This document shows, piece by piece, positions 21,068-29,707 of a stretch of DNA of 64,000 nt (the stretch's first letter is position 1; every line of letters starts with the position of its first letter). The stretch is from the sequence record MW822007.1. One strand, given 5' to 3'. Source of the stretch: Escherichia phage BF15. The notes under the pieces were generated by a model. It made no database searches and was not told the origin of the DNA. It was given only the letters and a program-made list of their open reading frames with translations. Made by a program: the position numbers and the translations under genes.

Positions 21068-21090
21068 CATATCCTCTCTAGTGTTTATTC

Positions 21091-21098
21091 TATTTATA
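21091..21098 (-). promoter_or_regulatory. late promoter TATAAATA (minus) upstream of alt
   Basis: Forward TATTTATA about 25 nt upstream of the alt ATG. Confidence 0.45.
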
Positions 21099-21103
21099 AA
21101 ATT

Positions 21104-21121
21104 AAAGGCCCGAAGGCCTTT
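21104..21121 (-). terminator. terminator hairpin downstream of gene 30 / the 62-aa ORF
   Basis: AAAGGCC-TTCG-GGCCTTT hairpin on the minus strand with flanking T-rich run. Confidence 0.5.
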
Positions 21122-21308
21122 AATAATCTAGTGGTAAGAGAGTACGATATATTTCAAACTTTGGCCCTTTTTCATAGGCATCAAATGTTTCTGTAAATTT
21201 ATTATAAGCATATGCATCTACAAATTCGAGAACGATTTGTGATACAGAAGTAGAAACATCTCCACCTTCTTTTTGAGCCACGACAATTGTTTCTAAGTAA
21301 GCTTTCAT
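21120..21308 (-). CDS. hypothetical protein
   Basis: 62-aa ORF between DNA ligase and alt. Confidence 0.4.
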   Translation of the reverse strand: MKAYLETIVVAQKEGGDVSTSVSQIVLEFVDAYAYNKFTETFDAYEKGPKFEIYRTLLPLDY

Positions 21309-22765
21309 AAACCAGTTACCTCATGAAAATCACCAAATACATCCTCAAATGTATTAGCTTTAGTTTTATCTTCACGTAAACGAATCGCAATCGGAAGAAA
21401 TAATTTAACGTAATCAGTGCGGCCATCAGATTTTAACCAACCATTGCATTCGCACTCTAGAATTTTTCCAATATAATAATTTTGGTTTTCCATAATGCGA
21501 GTACGGTCAAGTTCATGTGATTTTACGCCAGCTTTATCTTTTAAGCCTGAACCTGCATTTACTTTAATTTTTCCACACTCTGATTCAAGAATAAATCCAC
21601 CCGCTTTAGTAGGGTCTTTACGGTGAGGATAAATTCCTACAATTTTTAAATCAACATCAATTACTTCTTTAAATTTATAAAGATTTTTTGAACGAGCATT
21701 TTCCCACAATCCATCGATATTTTTGAGAATAATACCTTCAAGACCTTGGTCAATATACTTTTTATAAATTACCTTAGCTTCATCTAGGTTATTTACTACC
21801 TGGTTTTCAATTAAAATTACTTTATCATATCCTGATGTCATTTGTTCTAGTTTAGAAAAACGTACATCATATTTTAAACGAAACGCCGGAAGACCGTATA
21901 TTTCTACCAACGGAACATAATCCCAGACCTGAAACTTCATGCATTTGGCTTCTTTTTCTGAAATAGTTCCCTTTAAAGATTTATTGGCGATTCCATTAGA
22001 AGCAGTACGAGATTCAGCTACTTCGGCAAACTCTTTAGCTTTACTATTTTCAGGAGCATCAAAAAGAAAATCTAGGCCTTCTGGTTCCTTTTCAACTTGC
22101 TCATGGTATACCAATTCGCCATCGATTAACACGCCTTCTGGATGAATCTGGCGGGCTTCAGCAGTCATTTTGATTAACTCTTCCTTAAGAAGATCTAATC
22201 CTAGGTATTCATTGCCAGCTCGTGATAAAAGACGAACATCATCTAATTCATCACCTCTGACTTCAGCAAAACACCGAGCTCCATCTGCTTTTAACTGCGC
22301 AAAAGCTGGAAACTTGATATTCTTACTAATGCCTTTTTCATCATAAGAACTTGCCAGCATTTGAGGTTGTTCAGGAATTAAACCTGGCCAAACTTTGTTT
22401 GCAATAGATACTGAAGCACCGCATTCAAGGTCTCGCATCATAACTCGACGCAAAACTTCAACATCATCCTTTTTACCATCGGTGATATATCCAGTTAATT
22501 CCTCAATTGCTGCATTGCCAGTTAATTTCCGAGTAGCTAACGTAAATTCAATAAAGTCAAGCATATCGGTAATAGTCAGCATTCCAAAACTCTGGGTAGC
22601 AATACCAGGTTTAGGCCATTTCTTGATATAATACTGTAACCCACGAGAATAAGTCAGACGATATACTCGTTTAAGCAATTCATTATTTTTATTCTTTTCA
22701 AGAATTGCTTGCTTCTGTTTAGTTGATCCAATAGATGCTATTTCATTCAGAATTTTAAGAATCAT
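21305..22765 (-). CDS. 30: ATP-dependent DNA ligase gp30
   Basis: 486 aa; adenylation motif KADGAR; T4 DNA ligase-like throughout. Confidence 0.95.
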   Translation of the reverse strand: MILKILNEIASIGSTKQKQAILEKNKNNELLKRVYRLTYSRGLQYYIKKWPKPGIATQSFGMLTITDMLDFIEFTLATRKLTGNAAIEELTGYITDGKKDDVEVLRRVMMRDLECGASVSIANKVWPGLIPEQPQMLASSYDEKGISKNIKFPAFAQLKADGARCFAEVRGDELDDVRLLSRAGNEYLGLDLLKEELIKMTAEARQIHPEGVLIDGELVYHEQVEKEPEGLDFLFDAPENSKAKEFAEVAESRTASNGIANKSLKGTISEKEAKCMKFQVWDYVPLVEIYGLPAFRLKYDVRFSKLEQMTSGYDKVILIENQVVNNLDEAKVIYKKYIDQGLEGIILKNIDGLWENARSKNLYKFKEVIDVDLKIVGIYPHRKDPTKAGGFILESECGKIKVNAGSGLKDKAGVKSHELDRTRIMENQNYYIGKILECECNGWLKSDGRTDYVKLFLPIAIRLREDKTKANTFEDVFGDFHEVTGL

Positions 22766-23031
22766 TGTTCATCCTTCAGAGTTTGATTTACATCTCTATT
22801 ATAAATCAATTCATCATTAAGCTCAGGCAAAGACTTATGATATGTCGTTCTAACTTTATTTCCTTGCATCCAGTGCTTGACGTAAATGAAACCTTGCTCT
22901 ACACATTTTTTAAAAATTCGTTCGTCTTTTTGAGCACGGAATTCTGGATTGCATCTAAAAAATTGATTTACGTGACCGTAATCACGTGTAGTATTACCTT
23001 CATTTTCATAAATAGTATGAACAACAAACAT
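22762..23031 (-). CDS. hypothetical protein (30.1 position)
   Basis: 89-aa ORF, stop/start overlaps with neighbours. Confidence 0.5.
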   Translation of the reverse strand: MFVVHTIYENEGNTTRDYGHVNQFFRCNPEFRAQKDERIFKKCVEQGFIYVKHWMQGNKVRTTYHKSLPELNDELIYNRDVNQTLKDEQ

Positions 23032-23870
23032 TAGAATGCTCCTTGAAAAATATTATCACCACTAGTAGGTCTATTATACAAATACTCTATGCCACCAGGT
23101 TTAATATAGTTCCATGTCTGAAACGGATGTGTCTGATATGGATGATATAGATGATTATAAGGATTAAATCCAGGCGTTCTCCAGGTAGTGTTCCAAGGAA
23201 AAGAATCGTTTTTAACCATCTTCTCAATTAAATCTTTTATAGCTTTTTCACTATCAAAACTTTCTTTATTTTCCTTCGGCGAAAAAAGCTTATTTTCTAC
23301 ATCATTCCATGTATAAACTCGCTGCGCAGTTTTTGGAATATTATCACGCTCCCCTCGAGCCATCCAATAAACAGGAACATTTAATATTTCACTCGCATGA
23401 TCGCAGTGATGAGCGAGATCGTCAATATAACAAATTACGTTATATTTCTCTTTTGCCTTTTTGAACAGCTCTTCTTTTGAAGAATCATGACCACACATCA
23501 TTACTTCCGAGAAAGCACCAGGAAAAAGAGCATTCAAATTAAATTGACGATTCAATAAAGCGTCAATAGAATCACCCAATGCTGTAACAGCAACAAAATT
23601 ATAATCTTCTTTTAATTTGTTAATTACACACAGGGCATCTTTATACGGAGACAAGTAACGAATAAAATCTGAACGATTGTATTTTTCAATTAACTTGACG
23701 CCAAGTTCTTCGTCACAATTAAAGAGTTTACCTGGAGAAATAAATTTCTCATCTTGGATCATTTTTAAAATATGTTCTAACGGAAGATTATATTTCTGAG
23801 CAAAATAAGGAAGGCCTGATTGCCAGCTTAAACATACTCCATCAATATCAGTCAAAATAGTTGGTTTCAT
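23031..23870 (-). CDS. HAD-superfamily-like phosphatase (30.2 position)
   Basis: 279 aa; N-terminal LTDIDGV motif resembles HAD motif I (DxDG). Confidence 0.5.
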   Translation of the reverse strand: MKPTILTDIDGVCLSWQSGLPYFAQKYNLPLEHILKMIQDEKFISPGKLFNCDEELGVKLIEKYNRSDFIRYLSPYKDALCVINKLKEDYNFVAVTALGDSIDALLNRQFNLNALFPGAFSEVMMCGHDSSKEELFKKAKEKYNVICYIDDLAHHCDHASEILNVPVYWMARGERDNIPKTAQRVYTWNDVENKLFSPKENKESFDSEKAIKDLIEKMVKNDSFPWNTTWRTPGFNPYNHLYHPYQTHPFQTWNYIKPGGIEYLYNRPTSGDNIFQGAF

Positions 23871-24331
23871 AGAGAGTCTCTTAATAGGTTTAACACATCA
23901 ATAAATTCAGCTTCGGTTAGTATTGTATCATCTTTTGTTAGACCACTAGCCATGCTGTGCTTCAAAACTTTTCCTTTCGAGGCTTGTAATGCATCACGAA
24001 AACCCCTGTTTTGGATCGCTGCTTCAAAATATGCATTTGTGTATAATTCTTTCCATGCTTCGGAATATCTTGAAAACGGAGTTCCAAGCCAGAACAACGT
24101 GCCACGGTCCTGAGCTCTTGCATAAGCTCGTCCAGCTTTTTGCGCGTCCAACCCGGACATCCCAAATATACGTCTTTGCTGTTCAACATTTTTCACCTTA
24201 CATCCTTGGAGGAATCCTTCTAGACCTCCAAATTGAATACCATCCATAACGAAAGGCCATTGGGCGAAATTGCTTAATGCACATGATGGCCATTTAAAAT
24301 TGCTTCTAATCTCTAACTCAGACATTTTCAA
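23867..24331 (-). CDS. NADAR/YbiA-like (DUF1768-like) protein (30.3 position)
   Basis: 154 aa; segment ALSNFAQWPFVMDGIQFGGLEGFLQGCK resembles the YbiA core DFSNFAAWPIKVDGKTWPTSEHYFQAQK. Confidence 0.5.
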   Translation of the reverse strand: MKMSELEIRSNFKWPSCALSNFAQWPFVMDGIQFGGLEGFLQGCKVKNVEQQRRIFGMSGLDAQKAGRAYARAQDRGTLFWLGTPFSRYSEAWKELYTNAYFEAAIQNRGFRDALQASKGKVLKHSMASGLTKDDTILTEAEFIDVLNLLRDSL

Positions 24332-24524
24332 TACTTATAATTTCAACATCAGCCCAATGACCATAGCAAGGAAGACGAAATTCAACTGGCCAGTTAGGGT
24401 CCTTTTCTAATATAATAGACTGAACTTGTGACTCTTCATATTCATCGGTATACGGACCTTTATACGTTACTTTATATGTGACCTTAATGTACTGAATTCC
24501 AAAAATCTTATTAATTATATTCAT
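24318..24524 (-). CDS. hypothetical protein
   Basis: 68-aa ORF in the 30.x cluster. Confidence 0.4.
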   Translation of the reverse strand: MNIINKIFGIQYIKVTYKVTYKGPYTDEYEESQVQSIILEKDPNWPVEFRLPCYGHWADVEIISIENV

Positions 24525-24718
24525 ACTAATTCCTTTAATCCGTAAATAGGAGATAATTCATCACCCATACGAAGGTCTTCATTTCCATCTACCCAGGAAA
24601 CAATATAAGCCTCTTTTATTTGAATACCACTCCATTTAAATGGAGATAGAACCTTAGAAATTAATCCAGGTATACCAACTCCCTTTAATTCAACAGTTTG
24701 ACCTAAAAAGAATTTCAT
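24521..24718 (-). CDS. hypothetical protein
   Basis: 65-aa ORF in the 30.x cluster. Confidence 0.4.
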   Translation of the reverse strand: MKFFLGQTVELKGVGIPGLISKVLSPFKWSGIQIKEAYIVSWVDGNEDLRMGDELSPIYGLKELV

Positions 24719-25005
24719 TAGAACCTCATCTGAAAACCGTGCGATTTAACATTACCACCACCAATGTCAGAAATATTAATTTCACGCGCAATTGAAGGGT
24801 CAATGTCAATTTCACGATTGAGTTTAACGATAGCTAAAGTATCGCGCCCATTTACACTACGGAACTCTAAGGGGCAGACTACATTAACGTAGTTTTTAAT
24901 CGATTCACTGGTAGGTTGCAAATGAGCAGGAAGGCCTTTAGGCGCCTTTGAGAAAACCACTTCACAGAAATTTTTACGGGTATCAAAATAAGTAGTCATA
25001 AACAT
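24718..25005 (-). CDS. hypothetical protein
   Basis: Likely start at the internal Met (MFMTTYFD) preceded by GAGGA RBS; the longer track ORF would span a GC hairpin. Confidence 0.45.
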   Translation of the reverse strand: MFMTTYFDTRKNFCEVVFSKAPKGLPAHLQPTSESIKNYVNVVCPLEFRSVNGRDTLAIVKLNREIDIDPSIAREINISDIGGGNVKSHGFQMRF

Positions 25006-25045
25006 AGTATTTTCCTCAGTAAGGGGCCGAAGCCCCTGTTTTATT

Positions 25046-25411
25046 TTAAATATCAAATTCGTTAAGAACTACATCAAAGATTGCTTTAAGATGCTCAGGT
25101 TTAGCTCTGTTACTCAGAATATGACGAATCCAAGTTTTAACCAGAAGCTTACGATTGACGCCATTCCAGCAAGGATGAGTACCTAAATCACGTTGACGGA
25201 AATCATCATCTAATGCGATTTTAAAAGAAGAACCTTCTTTCGTGATTGAAACCGTGATGCCATTTTCAAATCGCATATAAACGTAGTTAGGAGTCATATA
25301 CTGTTCAATTTCACATACTGATCCATTTTGATGTTTCCAAAGGCAGATAGTATCAATAGAACCTGCAATACCGTTAGAAACATATTTACGTTCAAAGTTA
25401 ATGTAGTTCAT
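25046..25411 (-). CDS. hypothetical protein
   Basis: 121-aa ORF downstream of an early promoter. Confidence 0.5.
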   Translation of the reverse strand: MNYINFERKYVSNGIAGSIDTICLWKHQNGSVCEIEQYMTPNYVYMRFENGITVSITKEGSSFKIALDDDFRQRDLGTHPCWNGVNRKLLVKTWIRHILSNRAKPEHLKAIFDVVLNEFDI

Positions 25412-25437
25412 TTTTATTCTCCGAGATATTTAATTGC

Positions 25438-25477
25438 GGTACAGGTATATAATATCATATCCTGTACCAAAGTAAAC
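25438..25477 (-). promoter_or_regulatory. early promoter with 8-bp inverted repeat flanking the -10 element
   Basis: Minus strand GTTTAC-17 nt-TATTAT; GGTACAGG (25438-25445) and CCTGTACC (25461-25468) bracket the -10 region. Confidence 0.5.
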
Positions 25478-25479
25478 AA

Positions 25480-25812
25480 TTATTTTACTACTTTCCAATG
25501 TTGCATGTCAAGTTTACCAACTTTTTTCATCTTCTCAATTAAGCGTTCGGCACGCTGGCGAGCTGTAACATAATACCATTCACCTAATTCATTTTGTTCA
25601 ATTTTTCCAACGATTACTGTATTCAATTCATAAATCCAACCAGTAAAGAAATTATGAACTTGGATTGTAAAGGTGAAATCTGTTCCCATACCTTCTGTTG
25701 TTTCTACTTCAATAATATCACCTTCAACTGCCATTAAGAACCACATAGTTTCGTTATATTCACCATTGAAGCATTTAGTTTTAACTGTGGCGTTCAGATT
25801 AATCGTTTTCAT
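25480..25812 (-). CDS. hypothetical protein
   Basis: 110-aa ORF with upstream early promoter. Confidence 0.5.
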   Translation of the reverse strand: MKTINLNATVKTKCFNGEYNETMWFLMAVEGDIIEVETTEGMGTDFTFTIQVHNFFTGWIYELNTVIVGKIEQNELGEWYYVTARQRAERLIEKMKKVGKLDMQHWKVVK

Positions 25813-25839
25813 TTTATTCTCCTTTGTTTGTGTAAGATA

Positions 25840-25869
25840 ATACTATCACAAAGGAACTATACTGTAAAC
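25840..25869 (-). promoter_or_regulatory. early promoter
   Basis: Minus strand GTTTAC followed at about 18 nt by TAGTAT. Confidence 0.4.
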
Positions 25870-25888
25870 AACTTTATGCAATCTTTGG

Positions 25889-25917
25889 AAAATAAAAAAG
25901 GACTCCCGAAGGAGTCC
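25889..25917 (-). terminator. rho-independent terminator
   Basis: GGACTCC-TTCG-GGAGTCC hairpin on the minus strand followed by TTTTTTATTTT. Confidence 0.6.
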
Positions 25918-25922
25918 TCAAC

Positions 25923-26096
25923 TTATGCTTTCTGCTTACCAAAACGAGAAGCATCATCTCGAAGAACCGCACGTGCTCGGCGCATGATCTTCTCAACAGT
26001 TTGATTGATACGAGAGTTCGACCCACGCTTGTAACCAGCGCGTTTAGAATCACCAACTTTCTTTTCAACTGCTTTCTTTGCTTTAGCTTGTTTTGC
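25923..26096 (-). CDS. small highly basic protein
   Basis: About 58 aa from MAKQAKAKKAVEKK…; Lys/Arg-rich; start site uncertain (the track offers a longer form to 26141). Confidence 0.4.
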   Translation of the reverse strand, partial: AKQAKAKKAVEKKVGDSKRAGYKRGSNSRINQTVEKIMRRARAVLRDDASRFGKQKA

Positions 26097-26495
26097 CATT
26101 ATAAATTCTCTTTTAAATGAAAATGCAGGACTTATTGGCATTGCCTGCGAAAGCCCTCAAGGGGTACTTAGGTTTTGAATATTTACCGACAGGATAACCA
26201 TAAACCCGTCATCATACCTTATAGCTCTTATCTGTTGCACACCGTTAGCTTAAAGGTTCCGGGTTCGATTTCTCGAGGATAAGATATATACTGATGGATA
26301 TATAGGCCTTGAGGCGTACTCCCAATTGGCCATCACCTCGGGGTAGCATGCACTTGCCGCTATAAGAATAACATTCAAGAGGTACACCATAAAACTGCCG
26401 GGGTCTTAAAACTATAATGATTCGCAAATCATTAATCAGACAGTTCGATGGCTCCTCGATTTTAGCTCACACTAAGGCAGTGAATCTCCAATAAA

Positions 26496-26744
26496 TTACT
26501 TCAGTGTTACCACAAAGTGACGAACTGCTTTTCGTGCAGCAGAAGCCAGAGGCTTAGCATACTTAAGTTCATCTTTTTCCTGAAGCTCAGCAGCTAATGC
26601 AGTTTGAGCAGGATTCAGATGTTTGAAATAACGCAGGATTTCAAGAGCTTCGGCTTCAACATCAATAGATGCGCCATAGTTTTCGTGACCATTATTCCAT
26701 GCGTTTCGTTGCAGTTCAAGAGCGTGTTGTAATTGTTTAATCAT
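26496..26744 (-). CDS. rIII: rIII lysis inhibition accessory protein
   Basis: 82 aa, same length and position as T4 rIII upstream of gene 31. Confidence 0.75.
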   Translation of the reverse strand: MIKQLQHALELQRNAWNNGHENYGASIDVEAEALEILRYFKHLNPAQTALAAELQEKDELKYAKPLASAARKAVRHFVVTLK

Positions 26745-26883
26745 TTAAAAATTCTCGTTAGAGATTAAAACTCGGTAGTCACGTTCTTCTGAATTTCATC
26801 TTCTTTCGACAGATCTCTCAGTTGTAGACTACCACATAGAATTGTTCGGTTAACTTATTATTCCGACACCCAATTCATATTAT

Positions 26884-26891
26884 TATTTATA
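26884..26891 (-). promoter_or_regulatory. candidate late promoter TATAAATA (minus) downstream of gene 31
   Basis: Forward TATTTATA just past the gene 31 stop; about 140 nt upstream of rIII. Confidence 0.3.
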
Positions 26892-27227
26892 TCACTTATA
26901 AAGACACGGAATAGCTTTATAGTGACAGGTAACGAATTTTTGTTTAATTTCTTTTGGCTGCTTAAGACCCAGAGCTACAAAAGGATGCGGAACGTTTCGA
27001 ATTTGACCAACTGGAAGAGAAGTCAAATCACCAACTTCGCAGAAACCTTCAGGAACATCAGGACCAACAGAGTGAACTACACACAGTTCAGGAACTTCAC
27101 CTTGAACACGTTTACCGATAATGAGTCCTGATTCTGTAACTTCTTCATCACCGGCTTGTGCAGGTTCAGAAACTAAAATAACATATTCACCGACAGCACG
27201 AATTGGTAGCTGTTGTACTTCAGACAT
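26892..27227 (-). CDS. 31: gp31 co-chaperonin (GroES analog)
   Basis: 111 aa, same length and position as T4 gp31. Confidence 0.9.
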
Positions 27228-27257
27228 CGTTTTTCCTTTTTGTTAACAGATGAATTA

Positions 27258-27282
27258 ATAATAACAAATAATTCTTAAAGCA
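27258..27282 (-). promoter_or_regulatory. MotA-dependent middle promoter for gene 31
   Basis: Minus strand MotA box TGCTTTA, 12-nt spacer, -10 TATTAT, about 30 nt upstream of the gene 31 ATG. Confidence 0.5.
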
Positions 27283-27283
27283 T

Positions 27284-27592
27284 TTATTTACCAATAAATT
27301 GAAGCAAATGCTCAACTTTCATGCCATTAACGGAAATCAATTTGTCAATAGAAAAACCTCGCCATGCACCAAGCTCAACATCAAATACTGGAATCATATC
27401 AGTAGATTCTTTACGAGTAGATTCAGTCAATTTACCGGTTTGCATGGTTGGCATAAAGTCTGCATCACGAGTACCTTTCATAGTACGAATAGTACCATCA
27501 GACTTTTCAAAAACTACGTTTGAAATACCCATGGACAATTTAGTTTTCAAAATTTCACGAATTGCTACTTTTTGTTCAGTCGTCAGTTTCAT
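27284..27592 (-). CDS. hypothetical protein (31.1 position)
   Basis: 102-aa ORF. Confidence 0.5.
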   Translation of the reverse strand: MKLTTEQKVAIREILKTKLSMGISNVVFEKSDGTIRTMKGTRDADFMPTMQTGKLTESTRKESTDMIPVFDVELGAWRGFSIDKLISVNGMKVEHLLQFIGK

Positions 27593-27829
27593 TTATTTAC
27601 CTATTACAGTTTTAATATGGGTTGTTCCACGTTCTTTAAGAGTGGAAAGCAATTTTTGGCATTTTTCTAAATCAGATTTCCAACTATATGGTCTATCAAT
27701 ACAAACCCATTCTGACTTATAATACTGCTTCCATTTAGAGAAAAAATATTTCTTATACTCTACAGCAAATGAAATATTCTCATTAGAATAAGAACTAATT
27801 GCTGTGAGTTGTACCAAACGAAATTTCAT
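27593..27829 (-). CDS. hypothetical protein (31.2 position)
   Basis: 78-aa ORF. Confidence 0.45.
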   Translation of the reverse strand: MKFRLVQLTAISSYSNENISFAVEYKKYFFSKWKQYYKSEWVCIDRPYSWKSDLEKCQKLLSTLKERGTTHIKTVIGK

Positions 27830-28410
27830 TATTCACCACAGAATTCGTTGATATTTTCCCAATTTAACTTATTCAAGTTTTTCTTAGGAACATTAAACAC
27901 TTCAATACCCGCATTTCGCAGAATATCATCCCAGCCAGGTTTATTTTTATCGTATGTTTCACAATAAACCAACTTTTTAATTCCAGATTGAGCTATCGCT
28001 TTTGCACAATCTGGGCAAGGAGAAAGTGTTACATACATAGTAGCACCTTCAATTGAAGAACCATTTCGTGCAGCAAACAAAATCGCATTTAGTTCAGCAT
28101 GAATTTCATTTTTAGACGACCATTCAGAGTGAGCGCTGCGGTGTTCTTTCGCCAAAACAAAACGATCAGTTGAACAAAATGATACACATTCGGGCTTATG
28201 ACCTTGAATGATAGTATGTTTAGGCTTATTCAGCAACCAACCTTGCTCAGCAGCATAATCGCAGCAATTCACACCACCAGCCGGAGAACCGTTATATCCA
28301 GTAGAAATAATACGTCCATTCTTTTCAATTACTGCTCCTACCTTCCAGGAGCAACACTTTGATTCTTGTGATACTAAATATGCAATTTGAAGTACTGTAC
28401 TCGCTTTCAT
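27829..28410 (-). CDS. cd: dCMP deaminase
   Basis: 193 aa; zinc-binding deaminase motifs HAE…PCPDC. Confidence 0.9.
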   Translation of the reverse strand: MKASTVLQIAYLVSQESKCCSWKVGAVIEKNGRIISTGYNGSPAGGVNCCDYAAEQGWLLNKPKHTIIQGHKPECVSFCSTDRFVLAKEHRSAHSEWSSKNEIHAELNAILFAARNGSSIEGATMYVTLSPCPDCAKAIAQSGIKKLVYCETYDKNKPGWDDILRNAGIEVFNVPKKNLNKLNWENINEFCGE

Positions 28411-28745
28411 TTCATAATCACCAGATAAGCAGATTTAGCAGTTTCAACACGATAAATTTCGTGACGAAGTTTAGTTATACTTTTAATAACAGAACTAATT
28501 ATATTCTGCCCATCTTTAAAGCGGTTTTTCTTATCAATAAAAATTGCACCAGCCATCTTTTTGTGAAGCTCAACTGGATACTTCGTCACAATAATAGCAT
28601 CATACACAGAAGGATGAATACTATTCACTAGAGTATCATTCATTAAAGTTATTCTAATGAACTGTGCTGTTTCAGAGTCAAGCGCTCTATGATCGCCAGT
28701 ATCATTTTCAAGACAATTATCAATTATATCAGTTAAATTCATCAT
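28407..28745 (-). CDS. hypothetical protein (cd.1 position)
   Basis: 112-aa ORF. Confidence 0.45.
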   Translation of the reverse strand: MMNLTDIIDNCLENDTGDHRALDSETAQFIRITLMNDTLVNSIHPSVYDAIIVTKYPVELHKKMAGAIFIDKKNRFKDGQNIISSVIKSITKLRHEIYRVETAKSAYLVIMK

Positions 28746-28978
28746 AGTACGCCATACACCCTTTGTGCTTCAACTAATCCATCAAAATCCAATTTGAGAT
28801 GTGTTATTTGGTCACCATCACCTGGATTCACAATTACTAATACTGAACGAGGAGTTTCGGTAATAACACGAACCGATGTTTCAGGAAATCGTTCAGAAAC
28901 CTTATTTACCAATTCCTGAGCAAATAGTTTAACTTTTTCTTGGAATTCTTTAACAGTAATTGGTTTTTCACTTAGCAT
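28742..28978 (-). CDS. hypothetical protein (cd.2 position)
   Basis: 78-aa ORF with upstream early promoter. Confidence 0.45.
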   Translation of the reverse strand: MLSEKPITVKEFQEKVKLFAQELVNKVSERFPETSVRVITETPRSVLVIVNPGDGDQITHLKLDFDGLVEAQRVYGVL

Positions 28979-28998
28979 TTCAATTTCCTCATTTGTTT

Positions 28999-29037
28999 GG
29001 TAGAGCTATAATATCACAACTCTACCGTAAAGTAAAC
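28999..29037 (-). promoter_or_regulatory. early promoter with 7-bp inverted repeat flanking the -10 element
   Basis: Forward GGTAGAG…CTCTACC bracket CTATAATATCACAA; GTTTAC -35 on the minus strand. Confidence 0.45.
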
Positions 29038-29039
29038 TA

Positions 29040-29315
29040 TTAAATTGCTTTGAATTCTGATGTCTGTGATTCAAAGCGAATATCGCCTTTGATAACTAAC
29101 TCAGCATCAAGACCAAATACGACAATGATATGCGCGGAACCTGGATACAGCGTAATTGCAATAGAATCCACTTGGTCTGGAAGCAAAGCGTTCAATACAT
29201 GAGTCACTTGAGCGTGGATTCGAAGTTCAGCTGCATTATCAAGCTTTTCAAACATATTATTAGCGATAATTTGGCTAAACACTACTTCTACGATTTTAGA
29301 ATAAGTCGGAAACAT
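29040..29315 (-). CDS. hypothetical protein (cd.3 position)
   Basis: 91-aa ORF. Confidence 0.45.
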   Translation of the reverse strand: MFPTYSKIVEVVFSQIIANNMFEKLDNAAELRIHAQVTHVLNALLPDQVDSIAITLYPGSAHIIVVFGLDAELVIKGDIRFESQTSEFKAI

Positions 29316-29317
29316 AT

Positions 29318-29518
29318 TTACCTCACATAATTTTCTTCAAGCCAATCAATAACATCCAAAGCGTTATCAAAAATTGAACCATCTACTTTGTCTTCTGTTT
29401 CATAATCAAGAACATCTAAGCCTACTCTTCCGTCAACAATAGGCCATAGACAAAATAGATATTTCTTTTCTTTTTCAATTTTATCACAAAGACGATAAAT
29501 CTTTTCTAGATTATTCAT
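29318..29518 (-). CDS. hypothetical protein (cd.4 position)
   Basis: 66-aa ORF. Confidence 0.4.
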   Translation of the reverse strand: MNNLEKIYRLCDKIEKEKKYLFCLWPIVDGRVGLDVLDYETEDKVDGSIFDNALDVIDWLEENYVR

Positions 29519-29707
29519 AAGTTTTCCATGGTAAAGGCAGTTTAGTTTTCTTTACTGTTAGTTCAGCATCAGGATTCTTTTCTCTTAATTTAAGACATTC
29601 CTCCCAAGCTCTGTTTTCACTAGTGAATACACAAAATTGCCCATTACTAGTACCAACTAAACCGCTATTTACAATAACAATAGCCCAAGTTTCATGATGC
29701 AAAGCCA

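Noticed and set aside
26281-26300. AAGATATA segment resembling the S element of group I introns
   Set aside because: No matching P, Q or R elements nearby and the region is not inside a host gene; most likely chance similarity in AT-rich DNA.
26250-26460. GGTTCGAT-like motifs suggesting tRNA genes in the ORF-free gap
   Set aside because: Neither motif can be folded into a cloverleaf: T-stems do not pair and no acceptor stem or anticodon arm is found on either strand.
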